64,000 nt of DNA from Oopsacas minuta (Eukaryota; Animalia; Porifera): assembly GCA_024704765.1 (NCBI GenBank), contig JAKMXF010000144.1, forward strand, positions 558,001-622,000, in the 5' to 3' direction. The notes under the pieces were generated by a model. That model was given only the letters and a program-made list of their open reading frames with translations. It did not search any database and was not told the DNA's origin. Positions 43,401 through 55,656 of the stretch are shown here, piece by piece. Made by a program: the position numbers and the translations under genes. Numbering within the stretch: position 1 is the first letter of the stretch; every line of letters starts with the position of its first letter.

Positions 43401-46400
43401 TATAACTTTTCTTTTGAAAAGCAATCGATTTTTCTATATAATTATTCAACGTATGCTGACCTAATATATTTAATAGGAATTACAGTTGCTGATTTAGTAT
43501 TTCCTTGGTAAGTTACATTAGCAGTTCACTATTTGGGAAATGCAAATTCTTGTGTGTTTATTCTTACAGGTTCGTATGGATAATGGGAGTATCCATGGTG
43601 TATTCATTCCGTGGGAGGGGAGCTGATTCTAAATTATCCCTCTATTATCAAATTGTCAGGAGAAGTGTTATCTTATTTGGATTGGGAGTTCTATTTGTAA
43701 ATAACTGTAAGTAATCTCGAATGAATAATATAGCAAATTAATTACAATGATTCTCTCCTTATTAGGTTATGATCTTGCTACGTGTAGAGTCCCAGGAGTT
43801 CTACAAAGATTTGCTATTACATATTTCGTATGTGCTTCTATAGAATTCATCTTTCTATTCGTTTATCGAATCAAATGGCTTGCTAAGCTAGCTACATGGA
43901 TTCCTAATCTGGCAATAGATCTCTACTACACATCATTTCAATGGGTTATAATGTTTGTTATTGAGATTATTTGGCTTGCAATTACCTTTGGATTACAGTT
44001 TGATGATTGCCCCAGGTTAGATTTCTTATGTATTCATGTGTACAACAATTATTTTCTGTATAGTGCGCTACGATATTCTCGAATGAACATTATAACATAT
44101 TCATGTCAGGTTGTAACAAGGTGAACAATCCGTGAACTATAACCTGCTATTGTTTGCTTTCTGCCTGCAAACGTCACCGTTTGATCTTTAATGAATTCTT
44201 GTAATATCATTTAATCATCTGTATTTCCACAAAAATGCTATCATCTGCATTTTATGAGAATCAAATTCATGTTTCTATCAATAGTGTGTATTGTGTAGTA
44301 TATTTCACAGCCGTATATTTATCTTGACTCAATCTAACAAAGTGACTTTTGTAGAGAGATGAGTAATTAAGTTGTTGCTCTTCCCGATCTACTATATTAT
44401 TGCAAATGTATCAGCTGTGAAATCTCGTTAACCGTCAAGGAAATTTTGTCAGAGTATGCAATATCCAGAGTCATAGAAATACTATGATTGTCAGTGTACT
44501 ACCTGTCATTCGGGGTTCTTAATACTCAGATTCCTTATAGTTATATGGCATAACTATGTAGTTTTTCGTTGCTATGAAGATGTATCCTTACAAAGCACTT
44601 TATTGCATGACATGTAAAAAATTATCCACCAATAAATCACCCAACACATGATATTACTTTATGCTAATTATAAAATTCAGCTGAATATTTGTATATCTAC
44701 CACCGCCAGTAATATCACCTATACGCTATATTTTGTATTAGTCTGTGTTTGCGTTTTTTTAATTAATTACAACAACTTGTATGATACCACTAATATACCT
44801 ACAGTTATAATCGATCTACCGTATATGCTTGATGCCGCTAGATTTATTGATATAATTACATGTAGGAGTGTATTATATTATATTAATTACATTCATATGG
44901 GTAGAGGTTACCTGGGACCTGGTGGGATATCTCACGATGGAAACTACAGTGATTGTACAGGTGGAGCTGCCTACTACATTGATAAAACATTCTTCGGAAG
45001 AGATCATATCTACGCTACACCAACTTGTAAAGTATGTAATTGTGTGTTATTCGATAAAATGATGGCAAATTTGATATATACGATAAGGATGCTATGGTAG
45101 ATTGTGTAGACATATTCCTACGTGATTGTATCTTCACAATATTCCACACTTGATATACGTTATCTCGAACTTATCAAACATTTTGATTTCCCCTGAGGAT
45201 CCAAGATACCGGATGTCAACTAAGTAAATTTCGTGGAGAGGCGGAAGAAGCATAGAATCAAAGGAGACAATTGTATCTTCGCATTTCTGCTCGCGTTTAA
45301 TCCGTTGGGCGAACTATTACAATTGTCTCTTTCCTGAGTCAATTATTATCCATCACTCCTCGCTCTTAAATTCATTTGAATATAAGAAATATTTAATCTA
45401 ATTAATATCAATTCTGGTCTATTATACGGATTCGAATGCAGTGAGGAAGTATTATTTATTATAATCTATTACCACAGGAAGTCTATAAAACTGGACCGTT
45501 TGATCCGGAAGGAATGCTTGGGTCTCTCAACTCTATTGTCATGTGCTACTTTGGAGTATATGTAAGCTAACAACAACAACAATAACAATATTTATGTTAA
45601 TTAATTAACGAATAATTAAAATGTTTATCTGTCTCCAGGCTGGAAATATTCTTCTCCATCATAAAGGTCATCTGGGTAGGATAATTAGATGGCTTATATG
45701 GGCATTAGCAACGGTTAGCGATCTTAGCATATTATTTAATTATTCTTACTGATTTGTTTGCGATTCGGTTGCAAAATATTACTAAAATATTAATTATATT
45801 TTTTAGGGTGTTGTAGCGTTAGCTTTATGTGAAGGCAAGCAAAACGATGGTTTAATTCCAATCAACAAGAATCTTTGGTATGCAAATTTACAATTCACTT
45901 ACTAATATTCATATGTTATTTCTAATTATTTATTTGCTTCGTTTCAGGTCTCTATCTTTTATTTTATCCCTCACGTCGATGGCTTTTATTCTCCTCGCTG
46001 CTTTGTATGTATTAATTGATGTGACTAAGATTTGGAATGGAGCTCCATTTCGTTATGTTGGTATGTTTGCTATTTATATGAATTGATATTTTGTGTTTAT
46101 TGTTGAATATCTCTGGAAATTCGAGGGATAGCTTCATATCTGCGAAAATCCCTCCTTAACAACACAAGAATGTACAATAGTGCGAGAATATAACTTATTT
46201 TTACCGCTAATATTTCTGCGAAAATCGATCTAAATCACGTTTTCTATTAGGTTTGAATTCAATTTTGATCTACATGGGACATACAGTATTCCAGTACTAT
46301 TTCCCATTCAGATGGGTTGGTATTGAAGACAATCACACAACCTACCTGCTATCAAATGAAATTGGAGTAGCTATGTGGATGGCTATTGCTTTTTACTGCG

Positions 46401-46429
46401 ACTGTATCAAATTTTATATCAAGGTTTAG
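40444..46429 (+). CDS. HGSNAT: Heparan-alpha-glucosaminide N-acetyltransferase, 22 exons
   Basis: Phase-consistent GT-AG exons: 40444-40537, 40603-40697, 40761-40818, 40880-40933, 41001-41118, 41197-41299, 41472-41605, 41650-41774, 42254-42323, 42662-42719, 42836-42958, 43148-43215, 43279-43355, 43477-43507, 43570-43706, 43766-44015, 44905-45031, 45478-45561, 45639-45713, 45807-45877, 45948-46060, 46251-46429. Motifs RLKSLDTFRG, IFVNYGGG, WNGITVADLVFPW, RVPGVLQR, GYLGPGG, CTGGAA, FDPEGMLG, IPINKNLWSLS, GLNSILIYMGH. Exons 1-5 are less certain. Confidence 0.92.
45260..45332. other. Intronic fold-back hairpin, ~73 nt
   Basis: aaggagacaattgta pairs with tacaattgtctcttt (1 mismatch) plus inner ttcgc/gcgaa; lies in HGSNAT intron 17. 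Confidence 0.55.
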
Positions 46430-46635
46430 TCCCTATGGATACCCTATTATATCCCTACTCCCTCCGAACTGTTATTGGTAGATTTTAATATTTGTATACT
46501 TGTTCATAGATTCGTATTTTGTTGGAGCTTTTGCTATTCGCATATTGTATATTTGTACATTTTACATATTGCATATTTGTATTGTAAGAATAATGTGTAT
46601 ATTGATGATTATAGCTTATTAATTTGATTTGGTTG

Positions 46636-46675
46636 AAGAGGTAGGTTCTTGATCAAGAGGTAGAACCTACCTCTT
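46636..46675. repeat. Perfect 14-bp inverted repeat with a 12-nt spacer
   Basis: aagaggtaggttct-tgatcaagaggt-agaacctacctctt, ~200 bp downstream of the HGSNAT stop. Confidence 0.85.
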
Positions 46676-46800
46676 ACACCAAAAGTATTTGCATGATTGT
46701 ATGGAATGTTGTTATTCAGCCAGCCTCTTGTATGATTATCTGGAATTTGATTAGATTCTTAATTTATGAATTTGTTTTCCCTCTCTCCGCTATCAAATTA

Positions 46801-46946
46801 CAGTAGACAGAGTTAAACGGATCAACCTGGTTAATTGGGCCACTTGCCCAGAAACAGAACTGTAAAAATATTGTTAAATTTTTCCTTTTAATCGGGTCAA
46901 AATGGCCCCTACTCTTAACGTGGCCCAATCAAAGCAGAGTATACTG
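46801..46946. mobile_element. Degenerate TA-flanked MITE, 146 bp
   Basis: TA|CAGTAGAC...GTATACTG|TA; subterminal inverted ttgggcca/tggcccaa. Confidence 0.6.
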
Positions 46947-47285
46947 TACTTGTTATATAATCAGATGACTTTACTAGTTGTCGCCAATACTTAAGAATTT
47001 GTTTGGGGTTCTAAACGCTAAATTAGCTGTTTATATTTATCTCTTGATCAAGGCATTGTTATTCACCTGTTGTTTATCTAGCTACGTATGATACAATTAT
47101 TTGATCTGCCATGATTTATTCTAGAGCTATTTCCTCTGGCTTGTACTTCCACACGTTACAATTATGTCAACCACTTAAACTCTTTCATTATTAATGAACA
47201 AGAACTAATTGAGTAAGTTCTCTGTGTGTGTATCTAATAACATATCCTACATGACCTCAGAGTATAATTAATACAGCATGTTAGA

Positions 47286-50200
47286 ATGGCCAGCTGGTCT
47301 GATATAGAACCTGAAGAGATCCCAATCATCGCGTCAGGTGAAGCAGACAATGTACAGAAAAAGCCCCCATTCTCTCTAGAGCTATCCTCAAGAGAAGATG
47401 AATTCAGACTTGTGCATTTGAAACGTTGCTTCAATCGATGTGATAAAGACAGCGATGGTTTTATTGATAGTAAAGCGCTTAGGAAACTATGTGTGATGTT
47501 AGAAATGCCTCAGTTCGCTTCTGGAGAGAGTGCTACTGCTCTTTTCAAGGCATTGGATGTTAATTCTCTGGGCAAGATTGCCTTTAAGGATTTTCTTCGT
47601 TACAAAGATATTTATCTAAGGAGTGCGTTAGCTGTGGGTGACAAACCAACAAGGATTCTAGAGCAGACAGGATCCCTATCTCCCTCTTCTTCTGTCACAA
47701 CCTCCTCCTACCAAGAGGGTGTCATGTCTATGGACTCAGAACTAGAGACAGGACACACGTTTGAATCTCCAGGACATGAGGCAAGATCGTTCCCACACAG
47801 GACTGACCAGAGGAGATTACCTGGTGCTAGCGACAGCTCAGAATCTCCCGACAACTTGGAGACAGGTGCAAAGGGAGAGAAGAGACGTATCCGTCCGAGT
47901 AGCGCAGGACTTACTAGTGGAAATTCTACACGGAAAGTTAGCAGACCCAGTAGTGCTGAGCTAAGATATTCAGGTATGTGTCTGCTAGCTATTCTATAGA
48001 ATAAATGCTACTATTAGTTACTACAGTCGTTATTTGTATAATTACCGTATTTATTCGAATAGTAGCCGGGGCGATTATTTGAGTGAAGTAATTAGGTAAG
48101 TACTAGGTAGGTATTCATTTTATTCGCACTAAATAGAGTAATGCTATTAGTATTTACATTGACCTACTATTTGAAGAAATACGGTAGTCGTAGGTGTACA
48201 TAATCTTGCTTAGACTGTGTCTTGTGTGTCTTGTGTGTGTGTAACTGTCTAGATTATATAATTCGACTTATCAACAATTCGCGGTAGGCGATTATTAATT
48301 TCAAATCCCCCAAAAGGGGGGCAATTATTCGAGAGAGGCGATTATTTGAATAGGGGCTACTATTCGAATAAATACGGTAATACAATTTCAAAGAAACTGA
48401 GAGTGTTTCAATTCATTCTAAAATTTATTGAAAGTAAATGAATAATGAATTTACCGATGAACTAATTTGATATTCTTTTGTTTATATTGAAAATACATTA
48501 GAATCAATTGCCGAGTGCTTATTTGTATTGTAATTTCTGTTCTCAGATTTTGCACACAGTAATCCAAGTTTATCATTACGTGCTAAGAGCTATACATTCC
48601 TCAGTGCTTCCTCTTGTAAAGATGAGACAGTAAGAACTAGGAAACGTTCCTCCTCCTCTGGTTATATCCACCAGCTGTTATCTATACATCAACAACCTAG
48701 TAGTAGTGAAGTGAGGGACAGAGAGGCTGAACCTGAACCAGGAGAGGTTAATAATAATATTACTACTTAAAACAAGCTCCTAATTCGAATTCCCATCGAC
48801 GTTTTATGCATTTTACTATGTCTATGAAATTCCCATGTTTTTAAGGCCCAAATTAAATGTATGTCATACTGATTTGACCATATTTATAGATCCACTATAT
48901 CCCTATACCTGAAAATTTTCTCAGATATAGCTTTTTTGTGGTGTTCGTTTGGGTAGCTCCACTTCACAAAATTCTGAATATTCCATTAAGCTGAAGCATG
49001 CATAATATTCTGCTACGTAATTGTGGAGGTTTTTGGGTAGATTTATATTAAGTTCTTTTTTTAATGAATATTCCTGCAGCTGATGTATAGAAATATTCCC
49101 TACATCAATCTCAGTTAATTAACAGGAAATTACCATATTGCAACCTAGTCTAGACATAATTTTTGAATTATTTTAATTCACAGTAATTTATGTTGCTTAA
49201 CTTGTCTCTTGTTGTCACTCTATACCTTCTCTTCCCGTTCAGGATGATGTTACATCACTTACCCCCGTGTATCCTCAACCAAGTAAATTCAGGAAGAAAT
49301 TAAGTTCATTAGATTCTCCTATCTTCAATCCATCTCTACCTTCCAACTCCCTCCCATTAGAAGCTCTTCCCTCTGCGCCAGTATGCGTTCTACAGTCTAT
49401 GTGTCAGGACGGCAGTGATCACGTGAGTATGTCTGAAATAATGGAGTTACTGCAAGCCCTGGGATTTGATCAGAATGACATATCAGAGGATGTGGATAGA
49501 GTACTCCAGGAAGTCCCTAGAGATGGAGAGGGGAGATTGAGTGTCATAGGAGTAGCTCTTGCTATGGAGAGGATTCTAGTTGGTGAAGAGGATGTTCCAG
49601 AGGGGTCTTTCCTCAGACAATTGTCTCTTAAACTCTACCAACAAGAGATTATCATCTGGAGGAGAACTCACCAAATTGTAAGTATTATTACAGTGAATTA
49701 TAGGACTATGTATTGGCAGTTATTCAATATAGCTGTTTGTATTATAGTCTATGGCTGAGAAGGGTCAGCTGCTTGAGAACTTGGACTACCACAGAGGGGA
49801 ACAACGTCGATTACTCAACTGGGGAGATGAACAGGCTGAGCTAGAAGCACTGCACTGGGACCTGAAGTTAAGGGACATAGAACACAAACATAAACTCAAA
49901 CTGAGATCTATAGAAGATAGCAAAAGGGAAGAGTTAGATAATTTAATGGAGAAAACTACCAAAGAACTAGAAGATCGAGAAAAAGTAAATGATATTGTTT
50001 CTACTAACATATTGTTGTATTAAAATATACTTTCTACTCAGACAAATAGAGCTTTACAAAATGAAAGTGACCAATTAAGGGACCTTGTAAAAGACCTTAA
50101 GGCAGATTACAAATACATGTGCAGACAGTTAGATGAATATAAAATTAAATCTATTCACTCAGAACGTCTTATAGAAGCCTTACAGCTACAACAACAGGAT

Positions 50201-53200
50201 TCAGGTCTATCTCAATTCTCAGATATACCTCTAGACACAGAGATAGGTAGAAGCGAGCTGGATAGAGTAATAGATGAGAAGAATCAGCTTATGGATTCAC
50301 ACAAATATTTACAGGATAATTACGATGAGTTACAAGCTGAGAACCAGAAAATACAGCAACAACTACGTACACTACAGATTAGATTCAAACATTCTGTTAA
50401 AGCACTAGCAGCTCGTCCTGTTACCGCACCTAAGATGCGTCCTCCTCTTCCCCGGAACAGACACAGTATGTCTCTCAACGAACCTCCTCAGTTGGATGGA
50501 GGAGCTAGTCCAGATCCAGGAAGGAGGGATAATCTGATGGTGGAGATGATAGATCATGATTTTCAGGTATAATATATGATAATGTCTTTTAAACGTATAT
50601 ACATATATAACTCGTTACATCTACAGTAAGTGGAAGCTGGCTGTAAGAACGCAGGATATAAGCCGCTTCGCTTGCTAACGATACATACATAACGCATATT
50701 TACGTAATACGAACCTTTGGCTCGTGGCTTTGCGATGAGCTCATCGATTGCGCCTCGAGGTATTCAACGGACAAGCAAACTGACAAAAACAATTGAGATT
50801 TAATAATATTGATGCTGTTTACAATATTCAGCCTCAGCATACTCGAGTATACCAGTATAGTCGTTGAAAGTATGATTCTACCCTCAATTTTGAAATTTGT
50901 TTACTTTATGTGCCTAAAAGTAAACAATAAATTTACATATGATTAATCCAAAAGTGTGAAAATCAGACATGGTAGAACACTGTAGAACACTGTAGACGTG
51001 ATGGAACACAGTGGAAGACGATGGAACATTGGAAATGGTTCTCACTTATTTGTGCATCTTTTTTACTGGCTATACGATCATATATTGCTACTCCCAAGAG
51101 GCTTCTTATCTCCGGGAACCACTGTATTGTCTTGTGTGTTTGATTGTTTATTATTTTTCTTTTCCTAGGCCCAGGAGAAACTACGTATGACTCATTTAGA
51201 GGAGCTGTGTACTGACCTAGAACTCCGATTAGAACAGCTGGATATAGAAAAGAAGGCTGCAGAAACTAAACTTTTTGAAACAGAACAAGACCGAGACCGA
51301 GTGAGACAAAAGAAGAAGAAAGATGATAAGATAACTAACTCTAGAATATCTGATCTAGAATCTGATAATATACAACTTAATGTACTCAAATCTGATGCAG
51401 AGGATAGACTTAACGATACACAATCTACTCTCAGTAAGAGAACTACAGAACTGAATGAGATACAAAAGGAGTTTGCTATTCTAACTCGTAAATTAGCCGA
51501 TTTTGAGCTACAATTCAAATCTTTATCTTCTCAAAATGCTGATCTTGAACAATCTGGTAAAGAGAACGAGCAAAGAGAGTCAAATTTGGTGAATGAGAGA
51601 ACTCAACTCAAGAAACAAGTACAATTACTGCAATCTGAGCTATCTACATGTAAATCTAAATATGACACACATTCCTTTGAGTTAGAACGGTTGCTAGCTG
51701 AATCAGAGCAACATGTCAGTAGACTTAAGTTAGAAAATGAGCATAATGTAAAGCGTATTCAACAGGATTTACAGGCATCACAACAGCTGATAACTGAGAT
51801 GAAAAAGGAAAATTCTCAATTGGTCAACAACCTGGAGAAGAGAATTGAAGAATTGGATAATTCTCTTTCGGAAGCTACTCAGAAACATAAACAGGAAGTT
51901 GAAATTATGTCAGATGAAATTCGTAAGGCTGTAGACAGAGAGAAATCTAATCGAGATGAGAAACACGCGATAGAACTTAAACTCGCGGAAGTTATCACCG
52001 ACCTAGGTGAGGTTACAAAGAGTAGAGATGCAGGAGATCGTGCTAGGGTGAATTTGAATGAGACTTTAGATCGTAACAAGTTAGAACGTGATCAGCTGGA
52101 CAAACAGCTGAAATCTGAGTTAGCAATACTACAGACAACACACGGTGAGGTTTGTATCAAGCTAGATCAAGCTGAAGCAAATCATAAACAGCTATTGAAT
52201 GAAGTACGTACTGAGTATGAGAATCAAATTACTAAGCTACATCAGGAGATAAGGGATCATATCCAATCAGCTGTTTCTACAGAATCTAAGTCAAAACTTG
52301 AGATTACAAGTCTAACAGCTGAGATAGAATCATATAAGAAAGAGTTGTGTAAGTTGGAAGCATTGCTTACTCGTGCTAAATTAGAATCATCAGCTACTGA
52401 GGACGAGAAGAGATTTGAGGTAGATAACATTCTCCAGGAGTTAGAGAGCTGTAGAGCAGAAATGGATCTCAATAGTGAGACGTATTTTGAGCGGGTTAAT
52501 CAACTCAAAGAGAAGTTGAGTTGTATGGAAGAGAAGCTTAATGACGTCACACTACATTCTGAATTAGAGAGAAACGATTTAGAAGAGAATATACAGAATT
52601 ACGAAGAGAGAGAAAAGTTATTAATTGAGGAATACGAAATGAGATTATTGGAGTTACAAACTAAATTTGATAATGAAATTACAGCCCGGTCACTTGAGGA
52701 AGAGAAAATAGCTGAAGAGATGGAACAACTGAGTCTTGAGTTGACTGAGAGTAGAAAAGAAATTAAAAGAATACAAGAAGGACACCTTGAAGAGATTCAG
52801 AAGTTCAAACAAGAAGAATTAGCTTCTCTTCAAAATCTCAATAATATTAAAAAATCTAAAGAAATTGAAATCACGAAACTACGTAACTCTCTCATAGACT
52901 GCGAATCTAAAATACGAGCATTTGAACAAGCAGACAGTGCTAGTTCAAATATATTGCTAAGGAAATCTCATGCATTAGATAGTGTTACAAACGAGCTAGA
53001 GTTCAGTCATAATGCTCGCAAACATTTGGAAAAGCAATTGGAAATATCTAAGAAAGAACTCCAAGTTGCTAAACAGGAAAACGTTGAATCGAAGAGAAAG
53101 TTTCAAGAGAGCCTAAGAGATGTTGAAGATGACAAGAGGCTAGCTGAACTTGAAAAACTAAAGTGTATATCTGAAATAGAATCAAAATACTCATTGATAA

Positions 53201-53514
53201 CTCAAGATTTGAAGAGAGGAATTGAGACTAGACAAACTGAGATTAATCTTCTGAAATTACGGCTGATAGAGGCCGATTCCATCCGAGCAGGAGATGATCT
53301 CAATGCACAATGGAAATCACATATTCAAGAACTGACATCACAGATCCGTGAGTTAGAACGTCAAGTTAAATCTAAAGAATCTATTATCGAACAGATACGG
53401 AAAGATACTAAAGAGTTCAATGAATTTAAACATCGCATGAACCATTTTAAGATGGAGAAAGAAGCTCTCATCTCTGTTATAGAAGAAATCTCTCATATAG
53501 AAGATTCTATTTGA
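47286..53514 (+). CDS. Ninein-like EF-hand + long coiled-coil protein, 6 exons, 1476 aa
   Basis: Exons 47286-47973, 48547-48746, 49243-49677, 49748-49984, 50042-50566, 51169-53514 (4431 nt, phase-consistent). EF-hands CFNRCDKDSDGFIDSKAL and LFKALDVNSLGKIAFKDF, a degenerate second EF pair in exon 3, then ~900 aa of heptads. Ninein/NINL assignment is by architecture only. Confidence 0.75.
48045..48377. mobile_element. pogo-like MITE, 333 bp, 23-bp perfect TIRs, TA TSD, in ninein-like intron 1
   Basis: TA|CCGTATTTATTCGAATAGTAGCC ... GGCTACTATTCGAATAAATACGG|TA; subterminal ggcgattatt x3; a second degenerate right TIR at ~48164-48186. Confidence 0.88.
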
Positions 53515-54080
53515 CTGGAATTTCCATAACTCATCTTCCCCAACTTAATTTCTAGAATTATTTTATTGTATACTTTTAACTTTGTTATAACTTTATAATA
53601 TTCAAAAATTAATTTACTTATTTTTTGTATTTCCTTTTTGAATTATGTTTTCGATTCCTTACTAATAATGCTGTTTCTAGAATTACCAATATATTTGTTA
53701 GTTCGTTGATTGTTCATTTATCAAGCCGCTTCTCTTGCTCGCCTGCGCGGCTTGTGGACACTATGTTCACATGCAACTCGGCACTTACCTTTTTCATGAG
53801 TATACCTTGAAAGTGGGAAATTCGTATTCATGGTAATCGATTAACACTGTAAGGCAGTTCAAGCCAAATTTCTGGAACTTAGGATAGGCTTTACTTAACA
53901 TTATGATACCCCTGATATTGATTGTATTGTAATGTGATCTGTAGAGCATTTATTTATTAGGCATGTTAGATTTCTGCAATTCGGTATAAATTAATAATTA
54001 CCCACAATATTATATAAATTCTTTTGTGTAGATACTCTCTCTCTCTAGCGTTTTCTAACTTTTACTTCAATCAGAATAAA

Positions 54081-54410
54081 ATGGCAAGTGCAGGTGATTT
54101 GGAAACAAAGTTCAAGAAGGCAGCTGATTTTTTTAAGGCATACCCCAAAGGAGGTAAAATACAGCTCTCGAATGATCAGCAGTTAAAGTTCTATTCCCTC
54201 TTCAAGATAGCAACAGTTGGCAAGTGTAATATCGCTGCTCCTGGTGTAACTGATTTAGTAGGAAAAGCTAAATATGACGCTTGGAATGGGCTAGGTGATA
54301 AATCTAAGAACGATGCAATGACCGAGTACATACAGGCATTGATGGTTGTGCTCAATGAGCATGACAAGACTCCAGCTGAGGAAACCCTCCTCAAGGAAAT
54401 AGCCGTCTAG
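54081..54410 (+). CDS. ACBP: Acyl-CoA-binding protein
   Basis: FKKAADFF...SNDQQLKFYSLFKIATVGKCN...GKAKYDAWNGL...DAMTEYI; ATG 54081. Confidence 0.92.
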   Translation: MASAGDLETKFKKAADFFKAYPKGGKIQLSNDQQLKFYSLFKIATVGKCNIAAPGVTDLVGKAKYDAWNGLGDKSKNDAMTEYIQALMVVLNEHDKTPAEETLLKEIAV

Positions 54411-54643
54411 TTATTTTCTTTTCTCGATAGAATCTAGTTTTCATCCGTAAATTGTTTTCCTGTATAATCTATGTATCTAATGTTTGATCCGTATCTTTCT
54501 AGTGATATTCACCATGAATAGATTTATATTTGTACATTTTATTTGTGCAATTAAATCATGTAACTTAGTTCTATGTAATTTGTACTGCGAAACGTTCATC
54601 ATACAACGAAAATTATTTACAAATTTTGCTAAGATTTTCTGTA

Positions 54644-55375
54644 ATGTCAAATAGCAATTACGACTTCTTTGACTCGAAGGATTCTGCTAACTATCAATTC
54701 CATGTTCCTCTGAGAGAACTCAATCCGTACATAACATGTAGTCTTTGTGCTGGTTATCTTATCGACGCTACTACCATCATGGAATGTCACCATAGATTCT
54801 GTAAATCCTGTATAGTCCGTCATCTCCAGGCTAGCTCATCTTGTCCAGAATGTAATGCATTACTTAATGATTCTGATCCATTGTCCTGTCTTGCTTTTGA
54901 TAGAGACATACAGGATCTCGTGTATAAGCTAGTACCTGGTCTACAAGAGAGTGAAAAGAAAATGCGTACAGATTTCTATATTTCTAGGAGCTTAGAGATT
55001 CCTAACTTTAATATTTGGGAGAAAAACCCTTCAACATTCACTGACCCATCAGAAGTACATTTCCACAGTCGTGACGAAAAGATATCTCTTGAGATACTCC
55101 CTCACCACACACTCTCAAATTATAGAGAAGCTAATTTACAAACTTTATCAGATAAGTATACACGCTGCTCAATGCGTACTCTAGTCTATCATTTGAAAAG
55201 GTTTATTCACTGTAGGATTAAGGTCCCACACGCTTATGAATTAGAGTTACTGTGTAAGGATAACATTCTAAGGAAAGATACCAGTCTTAAAGAAGTGTAT
55301 TTACAATATTGGGCGACTACGGAGAAGTTATTTCCTGTTATAGTACACTACACTCTCAAAACTAGATTGTCTTAA
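54644..55375 (+). CDS. PCGF1: Polycomb group RING finger protein (PCGF1-like; RING + RAWUL)
   Basis: LNPYITCSLCAGYLIDATTIMECHHRFCKSCIV...CPEC, DRDIQDLVYKLVPGLQESE, C-terminal RAWUL-like region. Paralog identity uncertain. Confidence 0.85.
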   Translation: MSNSNYDFFDSKDSANYQFHVPLRELNPYITCSLCAGYLIDATTIMECHHRFCKSCIVRHLQASSSCPECNALLNDSDPLSCLAFDRDIQDLVYKLVPGLQESEKKMRTDFYISRSLEIPNFNIWEKNPSTFTDPSEVHFHSRDEKISLEILPHHTLSNYREANLQTLSDKYTRCSMRTLVYHLKRFIHCRIKVPHAYELELLCKDNILRKDTSLKEVYLQYWATTEKLFPVIVHYTLKTRLS

Positions 55376-55656
55376 ATTCGTATTTTATACTCATACGATT
55401 TCAATTCTTAGAGTGTTATTAATCGAAGAGTTTTGGCAATTCATAATTAGTTAACTTGCCAAAATTAAGGCCCCAGTATAGTGTATTAATGTTAGGTCGA
55501 ATTGTCCTGAGACATAATTTTTCTGAAAGACGGCACTCTGACCTACATTTTTGCAATTTTATGCATATAAAACTGACTCATAATTTTCGAGATATTATAG
55601 CCATGCTAAGTGTTTACAATTAATTATTTACTATGCACATGTTAGCCCACTTGTAT

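Noticed and set aside
44582-44589. GTATCCTT as a U12-type donor
   Set aside because: It lies in the middle of HGSNAT intron 16 with no adjoining exon; all reconstructed introns are ordinary GT-AG.
50940-51040. Short degenerate ~10-bp repeats (gtagaacact...) as a CRISPR-like array
   Set aside because: No constant repeat with unique spacers; eukaryotic intron, most likely decayed transposon sequence.
53722-53792. GC hairpin caagccgc/gcggcttg near an orphan minus-strand gtaagt, considered as an SL RNA gene
   Set aside because: No Sm-binding site (AU4-6G) downstream, and aagccgcttc-cttgct recurs at ~50660, pointing to a repeat remnant.
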